From: Octopus sinensis
Taxonomy: Eukaryota
Direction of reading: 5' to 3'
NCBI RefSeq assembly: GCF_006345805.1
Contig: NC_042998.1
Span: 33,542,001-33,606,000 of the forward strand
DNA: 64,000 nucleotides
The position numbers were made by a program, and so were the translations under genes. Positions 25,471-38,024 of this stretch are shown here, piece after piece. Below the pieces are notes generated by a model that was not told the origin of the DNA, did no database searches, and saw only the letters and a program-made list of their open reading frames with translations. Numbering within the stretch: the first letter of the stretch is position 1; every line of letters begins with the position of its first letter.

Positions 25471-25712
25471 CATTTCGTTTTTGGATTTGGTTTGCAAGAT
25501 TCTTTATATGAGTTCGTGTGTTGAAGCATATTCTGTTGTGTCTGGGGAGAGTCATTTTCTTTTTGTGCCGGTCAAAACTATTGAAAAGGTTGCAAGACGC
25601 AACGAAAATTTTAGGACAATAAAAATAAGAAAAAAAGTGGAAATTTTACCGGCGAGTGTGTTACATTATAAGGCACAAAAAGAAAATGACTCTCCCCAGA
25701 CACAACAGAATA
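25471..25712. mobile_element. MITE-like foldback element
   Basis: TATTCTGTTGTGTCTGGGGAGAGTCATTTTC... is inverted about 150 bp downstream. A related copy at about 38970-39180 carries the outer arm. Confidence 0.6.
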
Positions 25713-25948
25713 AAATATACAATTTTAAAGAATTAAAATTGCTCAAAAACTGAATATTTATCGTAACACTGCAATGTTCAATAATGAATTGTAAAAATAT
25801 GGATGTTAAAACTTATTTAGAGCACTTGTAACAACGATTTCAACATTATCGTCAACGATTCAAAGAGTAACACAGTTTAACCACTATCTCAAATAGCTTA
25901 CTGTTATGAAGTTATATATCTGTAAAGCTCAAAATTTATTTTGTTCTT

Positions 25949-26187
25949 TAAAGTTCATGCAGATGGAAGGAAATGTTCTCGTATATACATTTATTTGTAT
26001 CGTTTTTACGTCCTGTTTGTATTACATTTTTTGTTCTTTCTTTGCGAAGTAATTTTATTTAATTCTCTCGCAGGAAGGGCTAGTTTGACGAGTCGTGTTC
26101 TGTCCTACCTTCGAAACACGCTGGAGTTGAACTAGGGACAGCAAATAAAGTTCATGCAGATGGAAGGAAATGTTCTCGTATATACAT
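25949..26187 (+). mobile_element. Penelope-like terminal fragment bounded by a 41-bp direct repeat
   Basis: AAAGTTCATGCAGATGGAAGGAAATGTTCTCGTATATACAT at both ends; interior matches the 6638/11050/18430 family. Confidence 0.55.
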
Positions 26188-26236
26188 ACATACATACATA
26201 CATACATACATACATACATACATACATACATACATA

Positions 26237-26750
26237 CCGTAAATCCTCGAGTATAATACGCATTTTTTTCCCAAAATTTAATGCTCAAAATCCCAAGTGC
26301 GTACTATATACGAGGTTAAAAATGAAAATTATTTTCTAAGCAATGTCCGAGTCTCTATTTGCTGTCCGGCAATGTTTATTCAGGCGCATTTTGTGATGTC
26401 GGGCGCTAAAATACTTTAAGCTAAGCCTGAAAGCAACGAAGTCATAAAAGAATCATCCATAACTTGCAGTAAGCAGCATTTATTAAACGTTATTACTGTT
26501 ATTTCTTTATTTTCTGCAAACAAAATGCACAAAAAAGCTACATGTTTGCATTATGTTATATATATACAATAATAATAAAGGACGTTACCGCATACATTTT
26601 TACAAACCAAGGACATTATATAGACCTCCTTGACTCAAGTTAGAGAAGGGGTGCGTACTATACACAAGGTTTAGGTTTTTCAGAGGTACAGCCCCCTAAA
26701 AATCCCCTGCGTATTATACTCAAGGGTGGACTATACTCGAAGATCTACGG
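26237..26750. mobile_element. pogo/Tigger-like (Tc1/mariner) MITE inserted at a TA in (CATA)n
   Basis: TA-CCGTAAATCCTCGAGTATA ... TATACTCGAAGATCTACGG-TA: TIRs with 2 mismatches and TA TSD. Confidence 0.8.
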
Positions 26751-26961
26751 TACATACATACATTACAAATACAATCTGTAAATGGAACAGTAAAACTCTG
26801 CAAGACTTTTCTTGAGTTTAAAATGTGACGTTGTTTTCGTTGTCTACGTTCCAGCAATGGAGCTTTGTATCTTTGTTAGAAACCAGCTTCTTCACCAGAG
26901 GGAGAATTTACATAATTTAAATCACAAGAGAACATACATACATACATACATACATACATAC

Positions 26962-27353
26962 GAGTGGCTGTGTGGTAAGTAGCTTGCTAACCAACCACAT
27001 GGTTCCGGGTTCAGTCCCACTGCGTGGCATCTTGGGCAAGTGTCTTCTGCTATAGCCCCGGGATGACCAATGCCTTGTGAGTGGATTTGGTAGACGGAAA
27101 CTGAAAGAAGCCTGTCGTATATATGTATATATATATATATAAGTGTGTGTGTATATGTTTGTGTGTCTGTGTTTGTCCCCCTAGCATTGCTTGACAACCG
27201 ATGCTGGTGTGTTTACGTCCCCGTCACTTAGAGGTTCGGCAAAAGAGACCGATAGAATAAGTACTGGGCTTACAAAGAATAAGTCCCGGGGTCGATTTGC
27301 TCGACTAAAGGCGGTGCTCCAGCATGGCCACAGTCAAATTACTGAAACAAGTA
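26962..27353 (+). mobile_element. SINE family B, young subfamily
   Basis: Near-identical to the copies at 41278, 60425 and 63333. Confidence 0.85.
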
Positions 27354-27412
27354 ATACATACATACATACATACATACATACATACATACATACATACATA
27401 CATACATACATA

Positions 27413-27465
<53 letters not shown>

Positions 27466-27851
27466 TTCGATTCAAAATATACGGGTCTTTTCCTCTTGTT
27501 CCTAGCTCTTTTCCTCTTGTTCCTGGAATAACAATTGTAATTACGGACACTTTATACGGAATCGTGCTATCCTCACTAAACACCCAAAGTACCACTAGAA
27601 TTAGTACCGTGTTGGTGGCCTCGAATTCTATTCTGCGAAAACTCAACGAAATACCTTTTCGATCAATGGAAACACTGCCAAGTCACGTGCTGCTAAAACA
27701 TTTCAGACCACGAATCATCAAAGTAATCGTTACTCAAAGGATGAACCCGCAAGAAATAACAGCCAAGTTTTTCAAATAACCCAACCATCTTAAAAAATTA
27801 AAAAATTAAAAATATATTGTTATTCTTCCAGATACAATCTGGGTAAAAACT

Positions 27852-28203
27852 ACCGTGGTCATTCGGAGACCCCCTTCGGCCACGACACAGACCATGGGAT
27901 TGCACCTAGAAAGTTACCCTCCTAGACACAAATCCGGACGAGGTTGTTTATGGAAGACCAGCAGTCGCCCATGCATACCAGCCTCCCCTCTCCACGCCAC
28001 CAGTGTTATCCAAGGGAAAGACAAAGGCCGATACAGCTTGGCACCAGTGACGTCGCAACTCATTTCTACAGCTGAGTGAACTGGAGCAACGTGAAATAAA
28101 GTGCCTTGCTCAATAACACAACACGCAGCCCGGTCCGGGATTCGAGCTCACAACCTCATGATCGTAAGCTCGACGCTCTAACCACTGAGCCATGCGCCTT
28201 CAC
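27852..28203 (-). mobile_element. SINE family D with long tail
   Basis: Minus head GTGAAGGCGCATGGCTCAGTGGTTAG...GAGCTCGAATCCCGG, then the GTGTTATTGAGCAAGGCAC body. Confidence 0.75.
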
Positions 28204-28349
28204 TGGTCATATGTGAAACATTATTGATCATAGGTTTTTTTTATTAATCAGACCTGTCTTTTAGTTAAAGCAACATTTTAAATATCATTTTAGCTCAAGA
28301 GAATGACCAACTCTGTCTATATTCATTATTATAAATGAATCTAAATGTC

Positions 28350-28575
28350 TCCTTCTCGAAGCATGCCAGATTCATGAAGGGACGGATTCCCGGTTTCCTT
28401 GGCGTAATAAATTCCCCTGCCGGTCCGTCGCAGGGTTACTCATTTCTGCCAGCTGAGCAACGTGAAATGAAGTGTTTTGCTCAAGAACACAATGCATCGT
28501 CCATTCCAGAAATCGAAAGCATAATCTTACAATCGTGAGTGCAACACCCTAACCACTAAGCCACGCGCCTCCACA
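28350..28575 (-). mobile_element. SINE family D
   Basis: Minus head GTGGAGGCGCGTGGCTTAGTGGTTAGGG. Confidence 0.7.
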
Positions 28576-28579
28576 CTAT

Positions 28580-31050
28580 TATTTATATCACCCTCAAATG
28601 ATATCTTCTGTACCGGATCCCATTCTCATTAAACTTTTCCATCTTGTACGCTCAATCTCACTGAGAACTAAAAAGTATCCAACACAATCCAGAACGCTAC
28701 TACAACCCTGTTTTAAGAACCTCCAATCGTGACAAACACAAAAATCGCTTACATACCAAAAATGCAGTAGAACCAACAACGTCGTTCACCACAAACACTC
28801 TGTTGGAATATTTATCATTTACAAGTGTAAAGAAACAACTTTGGCTTTCTGGCTGTATTCACATTCCTCGCATTTGCTGTGTCTATCAACGGAACCTATT
28901 GGTAAACTGCAACAGTCGAAATAGTGAGAAAATATTAAGCTCCCTACAACACTCTCCCATATGACAAAAGTATTATAACCTAGGAATGAACAGTGTCATA
29001 TTCATAGAGGCATGATGTGTCTGAAGAAGTAAGAATTCGAAACATAACAATTTGATCAAGCGACAAATTACATTCAATTTTCTGGACGATTAAGGATAGC
29101 CGGCATTACAAATTAGAAACTCAATGTTTCCCTCTCTTCTAGTTTTCACTGGACTGTTTTTGAAATACACAACAGCGTGAGTCATAGCAGAGATGAGAAA
29201 CTTCTCTGCCCCTAACAACTACTTATTTATTATCCTATCTTATAGTATCTAAAAGATGACAGAGAGAGTGGTAAACCACAAATTTCTCTATCGTTTTGTG
29301 TCTTTCATTCCAGTGAACTCTTAAATTTCCATAAATCGAAATCAACTGGAAACCTACTTCGATGAAAGCGATGTTGTTGTCAAAAAGCTTACAATTTCTT
29401 CCACTGTCGTTCATAATAATGATAAGGTTTTGCTGACGTCCGTCACAGAAAGTGTCGTCTAAGCTCCTTCTTGCTCATATTCGCATTCTATTAAACCTGG
29501 GGTATCCCAAGCTTTGATCACTATCATTGCATTCATCCTACGCTATATCAAGAATCTGTCTCTAGTCAAACAGTCTTACCAGTTGTCCATAGACCTTTCA
29601 GTACTCAATATCTGCTGGGAAGCGTAGAACACACACAAGCTAGAGACCTCACTGCAGATATACACTAGTTATATGAGTCTCAACATTGAAAATATATTTC
29701 CAATGAGAATATAATCTAAACTCCATAAAGAACATTAAAACTCAGTCACGAGACTTCAAAATGTAACTGACTTTCATCACCTCACCGACGCTGATTTTGA
29801 TCCCCTCACAACTAAAACCATCACAAATCATTTAAATACTAAAGGCGGTGAGCTGACAGAAACGTTAAGCACGCTGGGCGAAATGCTTAGAGGTATTTCG
29901 TCTGTCTTTACGTTCTGAGTTCAAATTCCGCCGAGGTCGACTTTGCCTTTAATCCTTTCAGGGTCGATAAATTAAGTACCAGTTGTGTACTGGGGTCGAT
30001 CTAATCGACTGGTCCCCCTCCCCAAAATTTCGAGTCCTGTGCCTAGAGTAGAAAAGAAAAGATTATTCCCAATATCTGTAAAATGGAATAAAATACTCCT
30101 GACCACAGCAGTTATCAATAAAATAAATATTCTGCTAAATTTCATAGAAAGCGGTATTTCACAATTTTGACAGCGTCTTCCAAAACGTTTGCTGGTGTAT
30201 TATCACTTGCGATATGATTTCTACGAAATCAACGCTGCCATACACTTCAGATTTTCTATAATGATTCCGCTTTCTTACTGTCAGGCAATTCTTGACACAT
30301 TTCATACTACTTATCAAGATTTCACATCAATGATGTCAAGAGTAAATATTTCTGTATCCTGGTCAAGAATAACTTTTGCTATAAATGCCACTTGTATTCA
30401 ATGCAATCGTCATAATGATATGGCACCACCAAGAAAGGGCTGAACCATCTCGTTATCACAGATAGTTATTCAAAAGTCGACAATTGTTGAGAGAGCATTT
30501 AATAGTACCAATTGACTAATAACCTACCTCCGGTATGTATTTATTATTTATTTGACGAATTAGCTTTTGACGAAGTTTACTTCTACTCTGTCAGGTTAAA
30601 TTTCAAAGAACTGGGAGTGCACCGCTGGCTCTTATCAATAACCTTTACAACTGCTGTGCTGAAATGTCTGAAAAACAATCATATATTTGACTGCAGATAA
30701 CACAACATGGAACAATAACAACGTATCGTCCTGCAATATCGAGATACACACAGACACGGACACCTCACTAGCAATCCGTTCATATTGTCATGGAAATTAA
30801 CACAATATTTCACTCCCAAACCACCAGGCAGATGTGATACACGTAATACTTGTCAAGAAACTCAAGCCGCCCATGGGGAAACTTTACGTGACTGTCTCCG
30901 GAACGATGCATAGCAATGGAAAGAGAACATTAAAAGACTTCTGCTATTCTGGTAAATTATAATGTAAGGCTTCAAAACCAAATTGGACACATTCTCCAAA
31001 ATAAGATTGGTGGGGGATAGGACATATAACAGAATTGCATCAGTACAATC
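28580..31050 (+). mobile_element. Possible very old CR1-like LINE remnant
   Basis: Only weak motif echoes: VCIYYLFDELAFDEV (30512-30700) resembles the RT motif VIYLDFAKAFDKV, and GFKTKLDTF near 30965 resembles the CR1 C-terminus. Many stops. Confidence 0.3.
29840..30058 (+). mobile_element. SINE family C (alternative tail)
   Basis: Consensus match with GGTCCCCTCCCCAAAATTTCG tail. Confidence 0.8.
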
Positions 31051-31059
31051 AATGCCATA

Positions 31060-32642
31060 GATCCATCTGAGACACATCTGATGGAAACGTTCCAGATGTT
31101 TAAGGTGGTATCGATATGTGACCCACGTCTCGCAGACATAGAGAAGAGAAGGGAGCACACACGCCTTGTACACCTTTATCTTTGTCTTTCTGCATATGTC
31201 TTGCCGACTCCAGAGGTGCCTTTCTAGCCTTCCGAAAGCATCACTTGCTTTCTTAATTCTGCATGGAATTTTATTATCCAAATTGTTATATCTATTAACA
31301 GTGCTTCCCAGGTAGACAAACTGATCAACTACATCAAGTCGTTTACCATATATATAGATATTTGATTCACTATACTACTTACCAGGGGCGGGTTAGTACA
31401 TGACAACAGTTTTCTTGAGACTGACTGTCAATCCTACGACAATGCAAGCATCAGAGAATGCATTCAAAATGAGTTGCATATCAATCTCTGTGTGCGCTAC
31501 TAGATCACAATCATCTGCATACAAAAGGTCTCTTATGATAGAGGTAAATACCTTTGTTCTTGCAGCAAAGCGCCTGATACTAAATATGCTGCCAGAGGTT
31601 CGATAATGGATGTAAACACCATATCTGCAGTTTCTGAACGCAATACAGAAAACCATCGCAAAATATATGGCAAATAGGGTCGGTGCCAGAATATCCCCTT
31701 GTTTCACTCCATTTTGTATTGAGATAGGCTCCCATATTTTCCCTCTAACATTAACCCTACCCTTCATGTCTTCATCAAAAGACCTAACCAAAGGAAGGAA
31801 CTTTTCAGGACACCCAAGTTTCTGGAGGACATTCCACAGTGCATTTCTATTAACGGTATCAAGGGCTTTTGTCAGATCCACAAAAACCTGATTTAAATCC
31901 AGACCCTGTTACACACCCTTCTCTTGAAGCTGTCTAGCTGCAAAGGTCACATCAGCAATGCCGCGTCCCACACGAAAGCCAGATTGACTTTCTGGAAAAA
32001 CACAATCTGCAACGTGTTTCAGCAGACGATCCAGAAGTACCCTGCATAAAACCTTTCCTACGACAGAAAGCAATGATATTCCCCTATAGCTACCACAATC
32101 ATTCCTGTTGCCCTTTACCTTATATAAGACCACCATCACTGTATCTCTCCAGTTCTCAGGTACAGATTCACTAGCCCATATCATACCAAACAAAGAGTGA
32201 AGTTGCTGCAGAAGTTTCTCACCACCATGATGTAACAACTCCGCATGTATGCCATCCATACCCAGAGACTCCCCATTATTCATCCTTGAGACAGCCACTG
32301 CAACTTCTTCCAACTTTAGTGGTTCTGCGAGAGCTGCCTTCACAGGTAATTCGGGGATGAGATTGAGAACATCCTCACTAACTACAGACTACTGATTCAA
32401 AAGTTCATCAAAGTGTTCTTGCCACCTTCGCGGAATTGCTTGTGAATCACAAAGAAGTTCTTTACCATCCCTGCTTCGAAGTGGTGTCATCAGAGAAGTC
32501 GGTCCATAAACTTCTCACAAGAGACCATACAACAGATTTGTGTTATTGGAATCTGTATCTCATCAGCCTTCTTATTCCACCACGTATCCCTCATTTGAGA
32601 GAGCCTTCGCCTCACACGTGATTTCACATCTTTGAGTTCCCT
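31060..32642 (-). mobile_element. RTE-clade (BovB-like) LINE ORF2 fragment, reverse transcriptase domain, with stops and frameshifts
   Basis: ORFs 31909-32343, 31393-31881 and 30862-31281: YRGISLLSVVGKVL, PESQSGFR, DLTKALDTV, GVKQGDILAPTLF, LLYADDCDL, RIKKASDAFGRL, KIKVYKACVLPSLLY.CETW. Confidence 0.93.
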
Positions 32643-32719
32643 ATACATACATACATACATATATACATACATACATACATACATACATACATACATACAT
32701 ACATACATACTTACATACA

Positions 32720-33121
32720 TGTACCATCATAGAGGTCAGCTGCTCTGCAGATATAAATATCTTTTTGAAAATCAAAGAAAAAGAGGATATCTATGGAAAA
32801 CTGCTTCGAAACCTCCAGCTTCTATATCCAGACTATGAATTCATATTCATACCAATAGTAATTGGAGCATTAGGTTTTATTAGTGAATGCTTCAGGGAGA
32901 ATCTGGATTAACTGGGATTTTCAGAAAGAAAAATCGTCCGGCTGATTCGGGCATTACGAGTGCATACTGTGAGTGGAACAGTACAAATATGTAAGACTTT
33001 TTTCAAGTTCCAAATGTGAATTTGTCTGTGTTAACTACAGCCCATAGATGGAGCCTTGTATCATTGTCGGAAACCGGTTCCTTCCTCGGTGGAAGATTTA
33101 TAATAATTAAACAATAGAAGA
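32720..33121 (+). mobile_element. REL non-LTR retrotransposon 3' fragment in (CATA)n, copy 1
   Basis: CTIIEVSCSADINIFLKIKEKEDIYGKLLRNLQLLYPDYEFIFIPIVIGALG...GTVQICKTFFKFQM* (32720-33019, one premature stop): REL-type E-x-S-C..D and KE-K..Y motifs plus PIVIGALG. 3' end AGAC then (ATAC)n. Confidence 0.85.
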
Positions 33122-33179
33122 CATACATACATACAAACATGCATACATACATACAAACATGCATACATACATACATACA

Positions 33180-34193
33180 ATGATTTGGGATAGAGAAGAG
33201 AAACTCTGCACAGTTGTAGAAATTAACATAAAGCTGAAGATTAGTGAAAAAAAAGAACACCTATGCTGAACAATAGAGAAATCTGCAGTTACTCTACCCA
33301 GATTACAAGTTCAGGTTTATACCTGTAATTATGTAACACATTGCCTAAATACCAATCTTGAGAAATTTGGATTTCTCAAAACCAGAAAGGAGAAAACTAA
33401 TTTGAAGACTACATCAGATCCATCACTGGAACTGTAAAAATCTGTAAAACTTTCCAGAAGTTTATCATTTGAATATATATGCGTGTGTTTAGATATGCAA
33501 CTATATGCATAAGAATACATACATACATACATACATACATACATACATACATGCATACATACATACATACATACATACATACATACATGCATACATACAT
33601 GCATACATACATGCATGCATACATACATACATACATGCATGCATACATGCATACATACATACATGCATACATACATACATGCATGCATGCATGCATACAT
33701 ACATACATACATGCATGCATGCATGCATACATGCATGCATGCATGCATACATACATACATGCATACATATACATACATACATACATACATACATACATAC
33801 ATACATACATACATACATACATACATGCATACATACATGCATGCATACATACATACATACATACATACATACATACATACATGCATACATACATGCATAC
33901 ATACATACATACATGCATGCATACATACATACATACATGCATGCATGCATACATGCATGCATACATGCATACATACATACATACATACATACATACATAC
34001 ATGCATGCATACATACATACATACATACATACATACATGCATACATACATGCATACATACATACATACATACATACATACATGCATACATACATACATAC
34101 ATACATACATGCATACATACATGCATACATACATACATATATACATGCATGCATACATACATACATGCATACATACATACATACATACATACA

Positions 34194-34227
<34 letters not shown>

Positions 34228-34364
34228 CATACATATATACATACATACAAACAAACAAACAAAAATACCCTGTTGTTGATGTTGAAATTCCAATGAAGGA
34301 ACCTTGGATCTAGGTTAGAAACCGGTTCTTTTTTCCACTGGCAAGAAATAAACTGAATAAAGAC
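33180..34364 (+). mobile_element. REL retrotransposon 3' fragment, copy 2, 3'UTR split by an expanded (CATA)n
   Basis: MIWDREEKLCTVVEI...RNLQLLYPDYKFRFIPVI...GTVKICKTFQKFII* (stop 33470-33472). The UTR halves are joined as in the compact copy at 39208-39402. Confidence 0.8.
33516..34260. repeat. (CATA/CATG)n array, about 740 bp
   Basis: Direct reading. Confidence 0.95.
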
Positions 34365-34426
34365 ATACATACATACATACTACATACATACATACATACA
34401 TACATACATACATACATACATACATA

Positions 34427-34531
34427 CCTTGTTATTGATGTTGAAATTCCAATGGAGGAACCTTGGATCTAGGTTAGAAACCGGTTCCTTCTCTATTGGC
34501 AAGAAATCTTGAAATAAAACTAAATAAAGAC
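34427..34531 (+). mobile_element. REL retrotransposon extreme 3' end, copy 3
   Basis: Highly similar to 34266-34364; flanked on both sides by (CATA)n; ends AATAAAGAC-ATAC. Confidence 0.8.
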
Positions 34532-35321
34532 ATACATACCTACATGCTTCCTTTTTGTCTTACAAGTCTACAACTCATAGAATAGAAGACCTCAACGTGT
34601 AGGGATTTCGTGAAGGTCAAAACCATGCTTATCGTTTACACACTTAATCTGATCTCAAAATATAGGTTAGTAGGATTTCAACGTAGATTTATTTTGCGGT
34701 TTCATTTGTGTATTGAGATGATGGTTCAGTAAGCGCTTCATATATCGGGTTGCCACTCTCAACTTTGCCCTTTCTCATTCTTTTCTCTTCTCTTTCTCTA
34801 AATTTTCTTTCTTTTACTTCTTGTTTTTCTTTTCAGCCTACATTTTTTTTTCATTCTCCACCCGTCCCCCCCTATCCCAGATAATATTGTTTAATTAAAT
34901 TCTTCTGTATACAATCTATTCAATCTAAATCTGTGAAGTGATAAGTTGAGTCTACTGTTGACTGACAATGTACGTTAGCAATAGTATTGAAAGCTATTGT
35001 ATGTCAATATTTTGTATGAACGTAATTCTAGTATCCACTGTGTTGTGTTGCTCATGGTGAAAATAAATATTTCCATTCTCCATGAAGCGAAAAATTCACT
35101 AATGATTAACATTCATGAATTATTTATCAAATATTTTGTGTCTGATGGAGATAGGGGGCGCTCAGCTCCTAATGAAATCGTGCAGTAACTGTTACATGGC
35201 TCGTCTTGTATGTATTAAAAGTGGAGGAGCTCATCATTTTTCCGGTCTGGACACGGCAGATTTCTTCCAGAAAGAGACAAAACAAGACCGAGACAAATCG
35301 ATCTCCATATTTACTGCTACT

Positions 35322-35893
35322 AAGGCGGCGAGCTGGCAGAAGGGTTAACACGCCGAGGTCGACTTTGCCTTTCATCCTTTCGGTGTCGATAACTTAAGTA
35401 CCAGTTGCGTACTGAGGTCGGTCTAATCGACTGGCCCCCTCACCCAAAATTTCGGGCCTTGTGTCTAGAATAGAAACAAATATTTACAGGTACTAAGGCG
35501 GCGGCTGGCAGAAACGGTAGCACGCCGGGCAAAATGCTTAGCGGTATTTCGTCTGTCGTTACGTTCTGAGTTCAAATTCCGCCGAGGTCGACTTTGCCTT
35601 TCATCCTTTCGGGGGCGATTAAATAAGTACCAGTTGCGTACTGGTGTCGATGTAATCGATTTAATCCGTTTGTCTGTCCTTGTTTGTCTCCTCTGTGTTT
35701 AGCCCCTTGTGGGTAGTAAAGGAATGGGTATTTCGTCTATCTTTACGTTCTGAGTTCAAATTCCGTCGAGATCGACTTTGCCTTTGATCCTTTCGGGGTC
35801 AATAAATTAAGTACCAGTTGCGTACTGAGGTCGATCTAATTGACTGGCCCTCTCCCTCCAAAATTTCGGGCCTTGTGCCAAGAGCAGAAAAGA
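35322..35893 (+). mobile_element. SINE family C cluster (deleted monomer plus dimer)
   Basis: Consensus matches; dimer junction GGGTATTTCGTCT near 35727. Confidence 0.8.
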
Positions 35894-35997
35894 ATGGTCA
35901 GTATGCGCGCGCATGTGTGCGTGCGTGGGTGTGTGTGTGTCGTAGTATCTGTGTGCGTGTGTGTTTGTGTTGATACGAGCAATGTAAGTATACGGGA

Positions 35998-36605
35998 GGA
36001 TGGCGAGCTGGCAGAATCGTTTGCACGCCGGGCGAAATGCTTAGCGGTATTTCGTCTGCCGCTATGTTCTGAGTTCAAATTCCACCGAGGTCGACTTTGC
36101 CTTTCATCCTTTCGGGGTCGATAAAAGAAGTACCAGTTACGCACTGGGGTCGATATAATCGACTTAATCCGTTTGTCTGTCCTTGTTTGTCCTCTCTGTG
36201 TTTAGCTCCTTGTGGGTAGTAAAGAAATAGGTATTTCGTCTGCCGGTACGTTGTGAGTTAAAATTTCGCCGAGATCGACTTTGCTTTTCATCCTTTCGGG
36301 GTCAATTAAATTAAGTACCAGTTTCGCACTGGAGTCGATGTAATCGACTTAATCCGTTTGTCTGTCCTTGTTTGTCCTCTCTGTGTTTAGCCCCTTGTGG
36401 GTAGTAAAGAAATAGGTATTTCATCTGTCATTACGTTGTGAGTTCAAATTTCGCTGAGATCGACTTTGCCTTTCATCCTTTCGGGGTCAATTAAATTAAG
36501 TACCAGTTACGCACTGGAATCGATGTACTCGACTTAGTCCCTTTGACTGTCCTTGTTAGTTCCCTCTATGTTTAGCCCCCTGTGGGTAATAAAAAAATAA
36601 ATATA
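35998..36605 (+). mobile_element. SINE family C trimer (one head, three bodies, period about 185 bp)
   Basis: GGTATTTC junctions at about 36046, 36230 and 36415. Confidence 0.85.
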
Positions 36606-36722
36606 AGTGTAAGGGAGTGGCGCTAACAGTTTAGTAGCTATGCAGTAACCTCTCGTCTATTCTATGTGTTACGTTCCAAAATCCTCCGCGATAGGTGATT
36701 ATCTGCGAAGGAGAAACAGCAC

Positions 36723-36770
<48 letters not shown>

Positions 36771-36932
36771 AGTGATATGTACTCTTTTATTCTTTTACTT
36801 GTTTCAGTCATATGACTGCGGCCATGCTGGAGCACCGGCTTTTAGTCGAACGAATCGACTTATTCTTTGTAAGCCTAATACTTATTCTCTTTCGCCAAAC
36901 AGCTTAGTTACGGAGACAAACACAGACACAAT

Positions 36933-36968
<36 letters not shown>

Positions 36969-36994
36969 AGATCACCATGTTGATTCGCTAGCCT

Positions 36995-37209
36995 CTGCAC
37001 GCATTTGTTTTCTCTCCTTCTTTCTGTGTTTCTTCTCTGTGTATCTTTCTGTTGAAGAGCGTAGGCTCGAAACGTTAAAGACTTGTTTTATTTATATTTC
37101 CTGAGCGCCATACTAATACAATTGTTTGTTTGTATTCCACCTGCCTTCGTCTTTTGTTTATTTCCGTAAACCTGCCTTCGTCTTTTGTCTATTTTCATAA
37201 AGCTTCCCG

Positions 37210-37210
<1 letters not shown>
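36995..37210 (+). mobile_element. Penelope-like terminal fragment with minimal hammerhead-like motif (37044-37081)
   Basis: TCTTT-CTGTTGA-A-GAGC-GTAG-GCTC-GAAA-CGT-T-AAAGA. A second copy lies on the minus strand at about 60085-60260. Confidence 0.55.
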
Positions 37211-37251
<41 letters not shown>

Positions 37252-37334
37252 TTTAATTGTTATAATTTGTATAGATTTATTTTATTATGAATGCAAAACA
37301 ACGCCACAGAAGAAATGACATAAGTTTAAGTAAT

Positions 37335-37403
37335 TAACCGCGATAGGTGAACCGCGATAAGTGAACCGCGATAAGTGAACCGCGATATGGCGCTGGATTA
37401 CTG
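37335..37403 (-). mobile_element. pogo/Tigger-like TIR end with 14-bp subterminal repeats
   Basis: Minus TA-CAGTAATCCAGCGCCATATCGCGG followed by repeated TTCACTTATCGCGG. Confidence 0.5.
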
Positions 37404-37764
37404 TAGTTAGATGTGGTGGTGAGAGGCGAAGTGATATGTGTGTGTGTGTGTTTGTAAGTGTTGCTGTGTGTCTATATATGTGATTGTGTGTGCACGTATG
37501 AATGTGTGTGAGTGATATGTACTCTTTTATTCTTTTACTTGTTTCAGTCATATGACTGCGGCCATGCTGGAGCACCGGCTTTTAGTCGAACGAATCGACT
37601 TATTCTTTGTAAGCCTAATACTTATTCTCTTTCGCCAAACAGCTAAGTTACGGAGACAAACACAGACACAATGACACACGCACACACACACACACACGCA
37701 CGCACGCACACACACACACACACACACACACGCACGCACACACACACACACACATGCACACACA

Positions 37765-37808
<44 letters not shown>

Positions 37809-38024
37809 GACAGGTTTCTTTCAATTTCCGTCTGTCAAATCCACTCACAAGGCTCTGGAGGAAGACACTTGCCCAAGGTGCCACGCAGAAATCTTTGTAA
37901 ACCTAGTACTTATTCTATCGGTTTCTTTTGCTGAACCTCTAAGCTACAGGGACATAAACACACCAACACCAGTTGTCAAGCGATTTTGGGAGAACAAATA
38001 CGGATACAAAGACATAAATGTGTG

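Noticed and set aside
33329-34370. Long ORFs of 230-309 aa (MYVC/HTYI repeats), and similar ORFs across the window
   Set aside because: Stop-free translation of (TATG)n, (TA)n, (CA)n and trinucleotide microsatellites; open on both strands and in several frames.
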